Below are positions 24,309-37,199 of a DNA stretch of 64,000 bases, one piece after another. Where the stretch lies: positions 25,236,001 through 25,300,000 of the forward strand of contig CM052816.1 in assembly GCA_028534125.1 (NCBI GenBank). The letters are read 5' to 3'. The position numbers and the translations under genes are program-made. Positions within the stretch are counted from its first letter, which is position 1; each line of letters starts with the position of its first letter. The notes under the pieces are model-generated. The model had not been told where the DNA came from. It saw nothing but the letters and a program-made list of their open reading frames with translations, and ran no database searches. The DNA is from Lama glama (taxonomy: Eukaryota).

Positions 24309-24619
24309 AGAAGCCACCTAATTATTTGCATCCAGGAATATCTATAGGGAAAAATCTGATCATATCTTAGCAGATGAATTCATTCCCTTTTCTTTTGATG
24401 TTTTTATCTGCTTTTTCAGTGCACACATAATCCAGTGTTGTCCAGTGGATTGCAGAGCAGGCTTCATTTTCAATAGTTACTTTTAGAATTTTCTTTTATC
24501 TCATATTTTTACTGCCTTATGTCATATACATGTGTTATTAGTTTATTTCAAATGACTGATTTGGGGTTCAATTTCATATAGCATGGTAGAATGAGCTGTA
24601 GTACCAGCAGCACATTTTT

Positions 24620-25240
24620 AAATAGTAGTTTATTTTTTTCTCTTCATTATTAAAAAGTAATATAGACTCCTTTTTGGAAGAGTGATTTAAAAATAAAAAT
24701 TAAAAAATTATCTTTTAGAAAACAATTATCTTTTAGAATTTTGATGTATATTTTTATAGTCATTTATTTTGTGATAAGCATGTATTTATAGAAATATCAT
24801 ACTCTATGCTTCTCTTTAATTTGCTTTTGTCATTTAACACTAGGTAATGAACATCTTTTTATGTTATTACATAGCTATAAACTCACGTAATTAATGACTA
24901 TTGCATATTTGCTCACATAGTGTGTCATAATGTATTTAACCTTAGTTTCTTAGTCTAATTCAACTGCACAGCAATAGTTAAAAGTACAGTGTGTGCCTGG
25001 AAAACCAAAGGAGCATGAAATACAAATTTGAATAAAAGAAAATAGCAAAAAATGATCACACAAATGAATCAGTGAATGCTTTTTTCATAAATAGTAGGCA
25101 AAAAAGAATCTAAGTCATGTTTATTTTACCAGAAACAAAAATTAACCAAATATTTAAAATATGTACTAGAATTATAGTAAAAATTGAGTTTGTATGAAAA
25201 GATCATCAAATTGATAGTGTAGATCAAGAAAGTTCAAAAA
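24620..25240. mobile_element. Degenerate old L1 fragments (L1ME-like)
   Basis: AT-rich L1 3'UTR-like tract followed by an A-rich ORF2-like tract. Confidence 0.4.
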
Positions 25241-25367
25241 TGCAGTTTATGTGTCAGTGGACAGATTGAACAGCATATATTTGTTTGAACTATATAGTTT
25301 ACTTGTAGTCTCTAATATGATGCATCCTTTTTTAAAGTGAAATCCAGCCATTCTCTATCATTTCTGC

Positions 25368-25500
25368 ATCCATTCATTCAGCAGTTATTTATTGAGGAGC
25401 TGGTATCTGCCAGTATCTTTCACAACCTAAGGGTACCGTAGTAAATCAAATAATACAGTCTTTCAAGAACTCACAAGCTAGTGAAAGGTGCAGAAATTAA
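25368..25500 (-). mobile_element. L2 3' tail
   Basis: catccattcattcagcagttatttattgag. Confidence 0.65.
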
Positions 25501-26159
25501 ATATAAAATTAGACCCTTAAGGATAGTGGCCTGACTTTTTTACCCTTCACACTCTTTTCCTCTCCAGACCTGGAAGAAATAAAACCCACAACACATAGAA
25601 GCCTGAAGGGAATGAATCTTTCAGGGTTTGAGATTCTTAGTGTCCTGAAATCACACCACATTGAAGCTAAACCACAGGGTGGTTATTCTTCCTTCTCTTG
25701 CTACACAGTAGAATCCAAAGCTCAGCCTCCCTTTCCTATCCCCCTCTTGTCTATGTGGCTGAGTCCAAGAACTCCAGAAGCCACAGGGAGGAGATATAAA
25801 GAAGCTTCAAAGCAAGGAGATTTCCCTAATGCTTGGAGAGACACCCTGGGCTTATGTATCAATGAATCTATGTGCTTGGATGTTTAAATTTGGGAACATA
25901 AATACCCGTACAAATTTAAAACCTTTCAGTACAACTTGTTCTACTTTTCTCCCACTTAACTTACAGAGGTCTGTTGAAGGAGGTAAGAATCAAATCTTTC
26001 AGAAATCGTGAGGACTTCTGGTACATTATGACCAAACACTCAGCTAATATAATTGTGCATCTGGTTATATAAATATATTCCCAATATATATCTGTGTGTT
26101 CAATGTGTGTATGTGTGTTTTATAATCATCTTGCTTATGCCCTGCTGTATCTGAGAAGA

Positions 26160-26345
26160 CCCTGGAATAGTGTATCTTGGCTATACTTTGGATTCAGCTG
26201 GGTAACTTAAAAGAAAATTCTGATCCTGGATTCCACCTCCAGACAACCTGATTTATTTGGTCTGGAATGTGGTGTGTGCATTGGGAATTGAAAACTGCGT
26301 AGGGTAATTCTAATGTATGTCCAAGTCAAGGCACCCTGGCCTAAA
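26160..26345. mobile_element. MER5-type hAT-Charlie element
   Basis: cctggattccacctccagacaacctgatttatttggtctgg...gtaattctaatgtatgtccaag. Confidence 0.7.
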
Positions 26346-27204
26346 ACAAAATGTTATGGCTTATAAAAGTGGAAGAAAAATGTATTTCCTTTCCTTATAA
26401 AATGTGCTAAAATACAAGCAGTATATTTGGAACTTAAACTCTACAGATTAACCATTTTCTTCCTTTGTTTGTCTACTCTCCCCCAATACAAATGTCTGAG
26501 ATAGAGCTGTGCCAACAATCTCTCTAAATTCTGCTCCTCCACACACCAGTTTTGGCTTATTGTGTGCATCCTACTTCCTGTAGCCTGTGTGAGGAACTTA
26601 AGATGCCTGAGAAACTCTTCCCTGCTTACAACTTTGTACCACAGGAGAAACTGAAGTGAGCATCATTAACAGTTCTCTTACCATATACTGCTTTCCATTA
26701 AATTTATATTCTCAGAACTATGCTGCTTCTTATGGTGAATATGTCTAACTCTTATTTCAGAATATAGATGAAATTACACTTAGAACACGTATTTAAATAA
26801 TGTAGAGGTACATGACTTAAGGTGAGGAAGTAAACATCTTTCATTACCCTGTGGCATTTTTACACAAAATTTGAAAAATAACAAATTCTTAAGCTTCAAA
26901 TAATACATGTGGTTCTCTTCTCTGATAAAGACTTCCTTGAGGTGGAGAAGAGAGTTTTAAACTGAACATGGGAAATATCATTTCAATTTTAATCTGAGCA
27001 TACCCTAACTTAATCATTAAATTAAAATGTGGGTTACTGGGAGTGTTAGACTTAGATAATTTCATGTGCCAAATAGATTTTCTTTAAAATGCTCACCACA
27101 TTTAAATTGCACACTGATTCTTAAATATTTACATTTCCAAATGGTCTACTTTTTGAAACTTGAAACACAAGCATCAAGTTCAATTTGTAATGGGCTTTGT
27201 CTGT

Positions 27205-28195
27205 CTCAGTTGTTTTCAACGATTATTTATTGGGTGCCTACTATATGCTAGACAGCACTTCAGCATTGATACACTAAATTAGTATTGGATTCTCTTATGG
27301 AAAGCATAGTCTAGTGAGGGATACAGGTAATTAAAAATATAGGCTAATAAATAAAAAGTTACAAATCAAGATAAGTACAATGAAGTTAATGTAAAGTGTG
27401 CTCTAATGGAAAATAAAGGATGAAGAATAAGAGATTTTAGACTCTTGGAAATTAAAAAGCCCAAGGTGGATAGGGTATAGGAATAATATTCTTCCTGTTT
27501 TAGAAACAGTATGTGCTAAGAGCTACCAGACATGAGAGAACTTGGAGTGTTCAAGTTCAAGTTCATGGAGTTTATTGACCTACCAGTGAGTGAGATATAA
27601 GATGATATTGAAAGATAAGTATGACCTTGGAATAGGGTAGCTCTATATTTTATTTAAATGAGATGGAAGACCATTAAAATTTTTAATCATTATCCAGTTC
27701 ATATTTTACAAACATCATTATGTCTGTCTGGAGAAGGATTATATTTAAGGCAAGTATAAAATAAGAAAGATGAATTAAAAGGTTGTGGCAGGAGTCTTTG
27801 TAAGAGATGATGTTAGCCTAGATTATGAAAGGGTCAGACCTAATTGATTGTAATTCATTTTAATACTTATTGGAGGCAGAGTTAAGAAATCATGGTAATG
27901 GACTGGATAAAGAGTTTTAGAAGAGGGAAGTATCAAGACTTATAGCCAGGTTTCTGGATTGGGAAATTGGGTATATGCTGCAAGAATCACTGAGTTGGGA
28001 AAGACAATTAGAAAATAGATTTTATTGCTCTTATTATTATTTTAGTGGGACTTGTGGAATTTGAATTGCATTTTGTGTACACTAAGACTCCTATAAACCC
28101 ATTATACTCTGATGGCATGGTATAGTGATATATAACTCCATGTACAGAAGAGAGGAGGGCTATTCTAGATTCAGTCAATATTAGCATATGGATTT
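27205..28195 (-). mobile_element. L2 (first part, interrupted by L1)
   Basis: ttcaacgattatttattgggtgcctactatatgctagac; tcaagacttatagccaggtttctgg. Confidence 0.7.
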
Positions 28196-28199
28196 TTCA

Positions 28200-29275
28200 A
28201 AAGTTTTTCTATTCTGGATTAAAATGTACACAGAAGTAGAGACTAGAACAATGAACCCCCGTGTGCCCTTCACCCCACCTCAGCAACCAGCAACTCATAG
28301 CCAATCTTGTCAGCTACATCCATCCATTCCCTGCTCCCCTCCTTCCTACCACCACCACTACTAACACTACTGGATAATTTTTTTTTTTTTTTTTTACTAC
28401 TGGATTATTTTGAAGCAAGGCCCAGGTGGAGTATAATTCCCATCATTAATTGGTTAGTACGGCTTTCTAAAATTGAGGACCCTTCATAAAAATATAAACA
28501 CAATATTGTTATCACAACTAAAATAACAGCAATTTCTTTATTTTATCATGTATTCAGTGTGTTCTAGTTCCCTTGTCTATCCATAAATTGTTTTTTAATC
28601 AATATCTGAATAAGTTTATACATTATAATTCATTGATTTCATTTTATGTTTCCTCCTCTTTCCTCTCCCTCTTTTTTTCACTTGCAGTTTATTTGTTGAT
28701 AAACTGAATTTAAGCTCCTATATAGATTCTCACAAACTTTATTTTCCTATGTTGCGTCCCCATGGTGTCATTTCCCACATGATTCTCTTTTCCCCCATTA
28801 TTTCTTGTAAATTAGTAGTTGAATCTGTAGTTTTATTACCTGACTTATATTTAATTTTTGTGTGTGTGTCAAGAATATTTTGTAGATGGTGGTATGTACT
28901 TTCATCACGAGGCACACAATATCTGGCTGTCTTGCTTTTTCTGCTGTTAGCAGCCACTGATGGTTATTGCTGAGATCCATTATTTCATTTAATGTTGCAA
29001 AAAGCCTCTTCAATTTTGTCTCTGGGTAATTTGGACACATTTCCTACCTTATACCTGGAATCAACCATTTCTCTTAGGAACTCCAGTTCCTTTCAGTTGA
29101 AAACGGTATTTCAAGAACACAATCTGGGTACTCATCGTTACTGGTCATTTTGGATACAGCTAGGAGATATATCACATTGATATATCTGATTATCTGATAT
29201 ACTGATTATTTTTCTTTTAAATTCAGAATTATCAGGCTTTTACTTAACTGCTTAAGTCTGGCATATTGATGGTTT
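28200..29275 (-). mobile_element. L1MC-like 3' region nested in L2
   Basis: acagaagtagagactagaacaatgaacccc; cctggaatcaaccatttctcttaggaactcc. Confidence 0.7.
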
Positions 29276-29650
29276 CTAATGTCATCAGAAGAGCTTACCT
29301 AGAGAGAGTGTAGAGAGGGCCCCATAACCTGAGTCTTATGAAAATAGATATTTAAGGATACAAAGGAGGAAAAAGACCTGACAAAGCTGACAGAGAGGAG
29401 CAAGTGGATGTGGTGCCCTGAAGTCAAGGAAGAGACAGTGTTACAAGAAGAAGACAATTGCATTGGACAATCCTAAGAAATTAAATAATACAATGTGAAG
29501 AATGTGAATTTGTATTTGGCAAAAAGGAAGAAATTCTTGCAGTGGAATGACAGCACTAGAACCCAGGCAGAGTGGGTTGATAAGTAGCTGGGAGATGAGA
29601 AAATGTTGACAGTGTGAATAGAGATACGTTCTAATTCTGAAAGGCGGAAA
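29276..29650 (-). mobile_element. L2 (continuation)
   Basis: gtggtgccctgaagtcaaggaagagacagtgtt; gagtgggttgataagtagctgggag. Confidence 0.65.
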
Positions 29651-31502
29651 GAAAGTGGCCACTTACAATCTATTTTGCCTCAAGAAGGATTTCTTAATTG
29701 CTAAACCCTAGGTCTCAGTCAGGGCAAGTTCTTTTCTTGAAGAAATCTGCAAAACTAAGGCATCCATGCTTATAAAATATAGATTATTGGGGAACAAACA
29801 GATTTCTACACAGTTCCCTTTTACACTTGTGGATGCCTTAACGTACTGAGTGATTCAATGTATGGAAGTATATTTACACACAATTCTTCTGACAAGACTG
29901 TCATAAACCAAAATAATTTCCATCTTCACTGTTCGGTAGAAGTCTATAGAAATCATAAATCACTGGTATCTTATCACTGGTCACATCAGTCACCTATCAT
30001 TTATTTACTTTAGCCCTGGATTTCTCTTTCATTCAGCTGAGTATTTCATTGTTCAGACTGTAAGAAGATTCAGAGGGTAAAGAAAAACAATATCCAAACT
30101 TTATCATTTCTGTGTGTTGCAATAGATTCACCTAAAGTCATTACCTAGACTGTATATTCTCAGCCTCACTGGCTTGGCCAGATGGTGTGTTTCTTTCCTC
30201 TATTGCCTGTTAGTTTATTTTAACAAACCCTTGAGACTGCTTTTACATCCCATAAATGGAGTGGATGAAGGCCAGGTTCTTTCTAGGTTAATGATTTTGA
30301 GATCAGTATTTTTGAAACCTAAGCACTGTATCAGCAAAGGGGGAAAAAAATCAGATGGGAGAGAGGGTCACTATCAGTGATTATGATGGCAGTAAAACAG
30401 CTTGCAAAAGAAAAAGAACAGACCTTGTGGCTGAGCTTAGTCCCTCCCCTAGTTAACTGGTAATACATACAAAAGTAAATCAGCCTGCCTGTTGCTTCTT
30501 TAGGAGCAAAGGTAAATGATAAAATGACAGGAATTATTCTCCTGTTTTTCAGTTTAGCAGTGTTTTACTTCTTACTAAGAGTTATTTTTCCAGGGTTACA
30601 AGACCTGCGTTTGAAATGAAGGGGGTCATGTTATTGATTTACTTTTATTTTATAATATACAGTCGGTAGCAAGTAATTTTAATTTTTTTTTGAAAAATAG
30701 CAATCTTTTGAATCAAAAGAAGGCTCCACTTAAATGGACCCAATGTGGACTACTCAAATTCAGCAAATTACTTCTCTAGAAGGAAAATTCTTTTTAATAA
30801 CTATGATTAAAGCAGCTTATCTAAAAACAGTACCTGCAAAGACATAGGTGTTTTTCTTACAAAGAAGTTCTGGAAAGGGAATGAGGGTGGGTTTTAAAGG
30901 AAAATGTGAAAGATTAATAGCGTCGTCTGAATCACATTTCTTTTTTTGGTACAGGTGTGGATCAGTAGGACCCACCGTAGCTTCGGGTTTGCTCTCTCTC
31001 TTATCTTGATTATTGCTATCACCAGAAGGCTTTAGCTTTCCAGCAGCATGTACAACAAAGATGAAATTAAAATACCTCAGGCAGAAATGGGGTGGAGGAT
31101 GGTGGTACAAGAGGTAGAGTTATGAGTATGGCTAAGAATCACTAATAGCTATAATTTTGTGGAGGAAGAGAATCTCTTTCCTTTGAGCCTTTTATTTATT
31201 TTTGAATTTAATATCCCAGCACCTAAATCTTCTACATTTGCTGACTCATGTGTAGTGGTCTGAAAGAAATACTGTACCGAAGAGACCAGGAATATAAATT
31301 AAATGTCATGAAGAATGGCCTTCAAAAATTATAGCACATAATTATAAATGCCTCTCTTAACTGACTAAAATCTTTAGGCATGTGTACACTGGAAATTAAG
31401 CTGATTCTCAAAAATGTTGAAGTGGACCTCAACGATGGGTGACAGTGCCAGCTTTAGTTCTACTCTAGAGTGGAAGAAATCAGTGTTGGGAGAGTAGACT
31501 AG

Positions 31503-33262
31503 TCCAGTGCTGCTGAACTCCTTCAGCTTTTGCTTATCTGAGATCTCTTTCAATCTGAATGATAACCTTCCTGGATAAAGAATTCTTGTTTGGAAGTTTT
31601 TTTTTCCTTTTAGTACTTTGAATAAGTCATGCCATTCTCTTCTGGCCTATAAGGTTTCTACTGAAAAATCTACCGATAGCCTTATGGGGTTTTCTTTGTA
31701 TATAACAAGTTCCTTTTCTCTTGCTTTTAGGATTCTCTCTTTATCCTTAACTTCTACCATTTTAATTATAATGTGTCCTGGTGTATTTCTCTTTGGTTTC
31801 ATCTTATTTGGAAATTTCTGGGCTCCCTGGACCTGGATGTCTGTTTCCTTCCCCATATTAGGGAAGTTTTCACTATTCCTTTAAATATTTTTTTCTAGCT
31901 CTTTCTCTTTCTTCTCTTTCTGGGACCCCTATAATGTTACTATTATTCTGCTTGATATTGTTCCAAAGGTCCCTTAAGGTATTTTCACTTTTTAAAATTC
32001 TTTCTTTAATTTGCTGCTATGTCTGTGTAAGTCCTATTTGCCTTCCAGCTTGCTGATTCACTCTTTTACCTCATTCTATCTGCTGAACGAACCTCTCTAT
32101 ATTTTTCAGTTTAGTTATACCTTCTCTTTGGTATTTTCTAATTTTTTATATTTCTTTATTGAAATTCTCGCTGTGTTCTTCCATTTTTCCTGAGTTCAGT
32201 GAGCTTCTTTATGACCTTTACTTTGAACTCTTTATCAGGTAGATTGCTTATCTCCATTTTGTTTAATTCTTTTTCTGAGGTTTTGTCTCGTTCTTTTGCT
32301 TGAAACACGTTTCCCTGCCCCACATTTTGCCTCCTTCTCTGTGTTTGTTTCTATGTATTAGATAAATCAGCTGCCTCTCTCAGTCTTGAAGGAGTGGTTT
32401 TGGGTAAGAGATACGCTATGGGACTCAGAAGTGCAACCCTGCCTGGCCAAGGTGTCCTTTGTGTGGTTGCATGTGCCTTCCCACTGTGGTCAGGCCATGT
32501 AGCTGTTAGACACCAGTGGGCAGGGTTATTACTCAGCTGTCTGTGAGACTTGGCTGAGGAGCAGGGGTGCACGTGTGGTCTTGGCAGGGCACACCTACGG
32601 GCACTAACAGGTTATAATGGAGAGTTCCAGAATGGTGCCCAGCAGTGCCAGTAGTAGCAAGGTAGCCTGAGATCACAAAGAGTTTTCCTGCCAGTAATGT
32701 CAGTCCTTGGGAATCATCCCAGCTGGTCCTGCCTTTCTGGGAGATGCTTCAAAATTGTAAGTGGATCTCTTTCACCCATGATCCATGTGCTTTTCGGTCT
32801 GGAGTTTGCTGGTTTTGGGGTCTAGTGAGTCTGCAAGAGCCCTTTAAGATGGTATTCCATTCCCTGTCATTCTGTAGTTTACCTGGAGATATTCCTCATG
32901 GTTTTCTAAAGCCAGATGTTTTGGGAGCTTGTCCCTCCTGTGCAAGATCTAATTGTCAACCTCCCTGATGGGGAATCTCAAATCCTTCACTCCTCAGGGA
33001 AGGTGACCCTACCTTTGTAATCCTTCCTGATTGTGGATCACTGTGACCAGGGTGTGTTTTTTCCTTCTTGGTGTGACCATATTCCCATTTCTGCTACTTG
33101 TCTTGATGCTGTCCTTTTGACATTCGTTGTGGAGATGCTGTTCATCCAATTTTCAGATCCCTTTCAGAGGAAATTATTACATATATAGTTGTAGATTTGT
33201 TGTGTCCACCAGAGGAGGTGAGTTGCAAATCTTTCTATGATGCTATCTTGAATTTTCTTCGC
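31503..33262 (-). mobile_element. L1 5'UTR plus decayed ORF1, lacking ORF2 and the 3' end
   Basis: ORF 31647-31856 peptide PKRNTPGHIIIKMVEVKDKERILKAREKELVIYKENPIRLSVDFS is L1 ORF1p-like; minus-strand 5' motif tcaagatagc...aactcacctcctc. Confidence 0.9.
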
Positions 33263-35599
33263 TTAGTTCTCCCACTGATAAGTTTTTAATTACCTGTACA
33301 AGCTTCACATTAAAACAGAATGATTTGCCTCAAAAGATACTATGTATTTGAAAATGCTTAAGTTATACAGATTGAGCTTTAGTTCTATATAGCTCAACAT
33401 TTTTTTTTTTTAGAAATTATCTTATCCTCTTGGGAAATGTGCCTTTCCCCTGATTTCTATTCATTTATTTAAATATTTAAACCTAAAAAGCACTTAGCTC
33501 CCATTTGCCAAAATGGTTCATATCCTGACACAGTAAAAATTGCTTGTGCTGATGAAACTAAGTAATGGGTCTGGAGAGAACAGGGAGTAATACTTCACAC
33601 TTCATCTTATTTTGAAATGTTTCTTTTATAAAAATTGTGGGAGGGGAGCCCCCTTTGTCCTTTATCTCTCAGATTGTACATATCTCAAAGCCCATCTCTC
33701 CACCATACAAAAATTAAAAACTTTTCTAAATTCACAATGAGGAACTGAAAACATACAAGAATCTGGGAAATAGCCAACATTCTGGGTGTCTTCCCATCTA
33801 TCTTGATGTAAGTTCAGTATGTACTATTTCAAACACATTGCCTTTTAGCCCATTTCTAATGGTCCTGAAGAAAACAGTCTCAAAATCTCCTTTAAGCATT
33901 CAAGTCAATAAGTTTTGTATGCATCATTGTAAGAACAAAACATTGTCAGGTTTTACATTTGAGTCAATTTCTATCATTTGAAAAAATAATTATAGTAAAA
34001 CATTCTGCCTTTGCTTTCTGAACTGAGTTTAGGAGTACTTTTATCTTCCATTTGCAAAGAAGTTCTCCGTTTTTCCCTTAAAATCACTCTCTAATCATGT
34101 TCCCTCACATTTGGGAAATCCCATCTGTTTACGTTAGCAATGAGCAGGCTAGGCATAAAATGGATAAAAAAATCAGAGGTGGGAAACAGAGTCTTGAAAA
34201 TGTGTGAGAAATGCTCAGAAAATACACACGTACATACACATATTTTAGCAGTTTCCTGGAAACAATGGAAATCCCTCCTCTTCTTGAAAAACTTCCCTTC
34301 TCCCCTCTGCTCTCCAATTCCCACCCAAAAACCAGTGTTTTAACAGCAGTAATGTTCCCAGAATGAAACAAAATGTGTTTCAGAGGCAGCATGGGAGACT
34401 GAGAGCTGTGAACATATGTGCAGTGTGGTGTAATATTAAAATACAGGCTTTTTTGATTAGACCCTAAAACTGCTTTTTAACACTATTTTTTGAAGTTAAA
34501 GAATTGTATGGTTTTTCTGTCAGATAGATTCATGCTACTCCCAGGCTTTCTTTTTAATTAATACCCAAATAAGGGATACATAATGGGTTGCCCAGAGATG
34601 GCACATTCATCCTCACTAATGAGGATACCGTGTGTAGATGCTCACTTCTTGCCTAAGGCTATGCTGTTTTCAGTTCTTCATCCTGTAATTGAAGAATTAA
34701 ATAGTTTACACTGGCTTGTGATTAGAAAAAGGAGAAACACATTTTAGGAGGTTAAAAATCCACTTGGTTATGGCATAGTTACAATTTCCTGTTAACACCA
34801 AGCTTTTAAAATTTTCTGGATGCATGATTTCTGTCTTGCCAACATCTCCCCAAATCCCAGTTCCCAGAGTAAAAGTCTTTAGTTGGGAGGAATTAAATGC
34901 TAAGAGTTCAAGTCCCTCTAATTGACCAGTGAGAAATACTGAGCCAGATGCCTGAAAAGGAGTTGAGAGAAAGTGAGCAATGATGGCAAACAAATGTCTG
35001 GACAGGGCAAACACTAGTTTATCAGTCCTTGAGCAGTAGCTTAATGATGGGGCTTTTGTTGAAGCTTCTCTCTTTGCTATATGTGAAAATGAGGAAAAAC
35101 AAAACCATTCCATTGAGTGCTAGACCATCAAGTGAATGACATGGGATAGATGTAAATACTGAAATATAAAGTAAATCAAGTTTAGCCAAGAGAGTGTCAA
35201 ACTGTTAATGATAGGGAAAGCTGCTTAAAGGAGGTGGGAAATCTAACCAGTGAAGAGGCTTAGCAAGATATTTGTTTCAAAATTCCTTGCATTAAGGAGA
35301 CAGTTTTATTATTGAGATTGTTGTTGTTTAACATCTTTTCCCCTGTTCCCTGTCCTTTTGAGCCTGGTACTGTACAGACCAGGGAAGGAGCGAAGTGCTT
35401 AGTGAGATGCAGGGAAGGGCAATACTCAGGGATTCAGTAAGGTCAACGACAAATTAACAATTGAAGATAGAAATTTAGTGCAGAGATCTGGTGGTTTGCA
35501 AAAAAAGAACAAAATGAGCAACATCTCACTTTCTAATATTCTTCACCTTATGAACCTACTGTAGGAAGTATCCTAGAGTCCTTTTCTTCTGCCTACACA

Positions 35600-35880
35600 C
35601 AGAAATTTCAGTTGGGACCAATATAAAACAAATAAAAATTTTGTTTGCCATTGATATAGAAAGTATTAGATTCTCTTATTTCTGGATGGAAGTTACATGA
35701 TATAAATTATTTACTGACATGAGATTATAAATTATAATGATGAGTGAGTTCATTTGAATAATTTTCATGAATAAATATTAATATATTTTGTTTTATTTTT
35801 TAAGAGGTGATAATATATTTGGGTTACATGGAGAAAAGTCCATTCTTAGAAAAAGATTGGATCTAAATTGATCTATGGAA
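35600..35880 (+). mobile_element. Old L1ME-like 3'UTR fragment
   Basis: ttttaagaggtgataatatatttgggttacatggagaaaagtcc. Confidence 0.4.
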
Positions 35881-36149
35881 TATCTAGCTAGTATCTATCA
35901 ATACTATGTAAGGATAGGAATGCTTTATTAGAAGGGAAAAAACCTACTCCAGTCTTGGTTCTGCCCATTGGAAACACCGTGTCCTTAGAGAAAGTACCCA
36001 AACTTTTATCTGAAAAAATAAGTAAAATATCTGTAACTCCTTTTTTGTAGCAATTTTTGAGGGTTGATAGAGTTGTTTTATGTGGAGGTAACAAACATTT
36101 GCACATTAATATTCAATTAACTAGAATCTTGTGAATAGATGCTTTGAAA

Positions 36150-36330
36150 TGTTAAATGAGTAAGCTGAAATAAGCCTCTTACAACTCAGCAGTCTAATCC
36201 TTTTATAAAGTAAAAGACCTGATGTTCAGGAATTTCAAGGTAACAGTGTTCTCACATACCTTTGTTTCTTGCTGGAGTTAGTTCATTAGTAGATCTAGTC
36301 CAGACAAAACAAATGGAGTTTCCAGCAAAG
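36150..36330 (-). mobile_element. Degenerate MIR
   Basis: ttttataaagtaaaagacctgatgttcagg. Confidence 0.4.
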
Positions 36331-37199
36331 TCATCTGTATTGAAGCCATACAAGTTAAACATCATCCATTGAAAGCTTCTTTGGTATTGAATTATGTCAA
36401 ATATGTATATGGGCCAAATATAGTGAATGTAGTTGATCATTTGATTCAGAAAATACTTAGGAATGATGGACTATTCGGACGTCACTGCTCAATGTCTTGA
36501 ATCATAAACACATAAATCTAGCCATTTTCACCTCTACCTAACTTACCTGTATTCTGATCAGCATTGTTGTTTTTACTTCAGAACTGAATTTCCAGAGGTT
36601 CTTTCTAGAGGTCGGGCAAGGGAACATTTTCTTATTTTGAAGTAATTCAAACATTTTCTAAATGAGAAAAGCTCAGATAGTGCAGTAATTTTTAGTTACA
36701 ATTACTTTAATCTATTCTTAAAAAGCAATTAAATTCCTCTTAAAAGTACCTATAAAAATCTTATTTTGATGTTACGTTTCTATTTAAGTTTCTCACATAC
36801 TGTGTTATTTAAGGATTATATGTCAGAGCCTTACTGGAAGTGTTAGTAACTTCTTGTTTATAAATAGGTAGAATTTAAAATATATAGTTCTCTTTCAGTA
36901 GTGTGTGAGTTCAAGTTATTCTCAACAAATCTTTTTTTACCTTTTTGTCTTCAAAAGCTCCAAGTTAAGGATATATATTCAAGGTTTATTTAGGTAGCTT
37001 ACCAGAAAAAGGGGTTGGGTGAATGGGAAGGAAAGTATTTGGAAAAATATCTCACAAAACCAAAGCTAGCGAAACAGCGAGGCTTCAGAGAAACCAAGAC
37101 AAAAACAGGAGAGCCGGTAGGAGCCAATGATCCCCTCTGGATCTCATTTGGGCTTGCAAGGACTTGTAGCTTTGGCTTTGTCTTTTTCTTCACTTCTTT

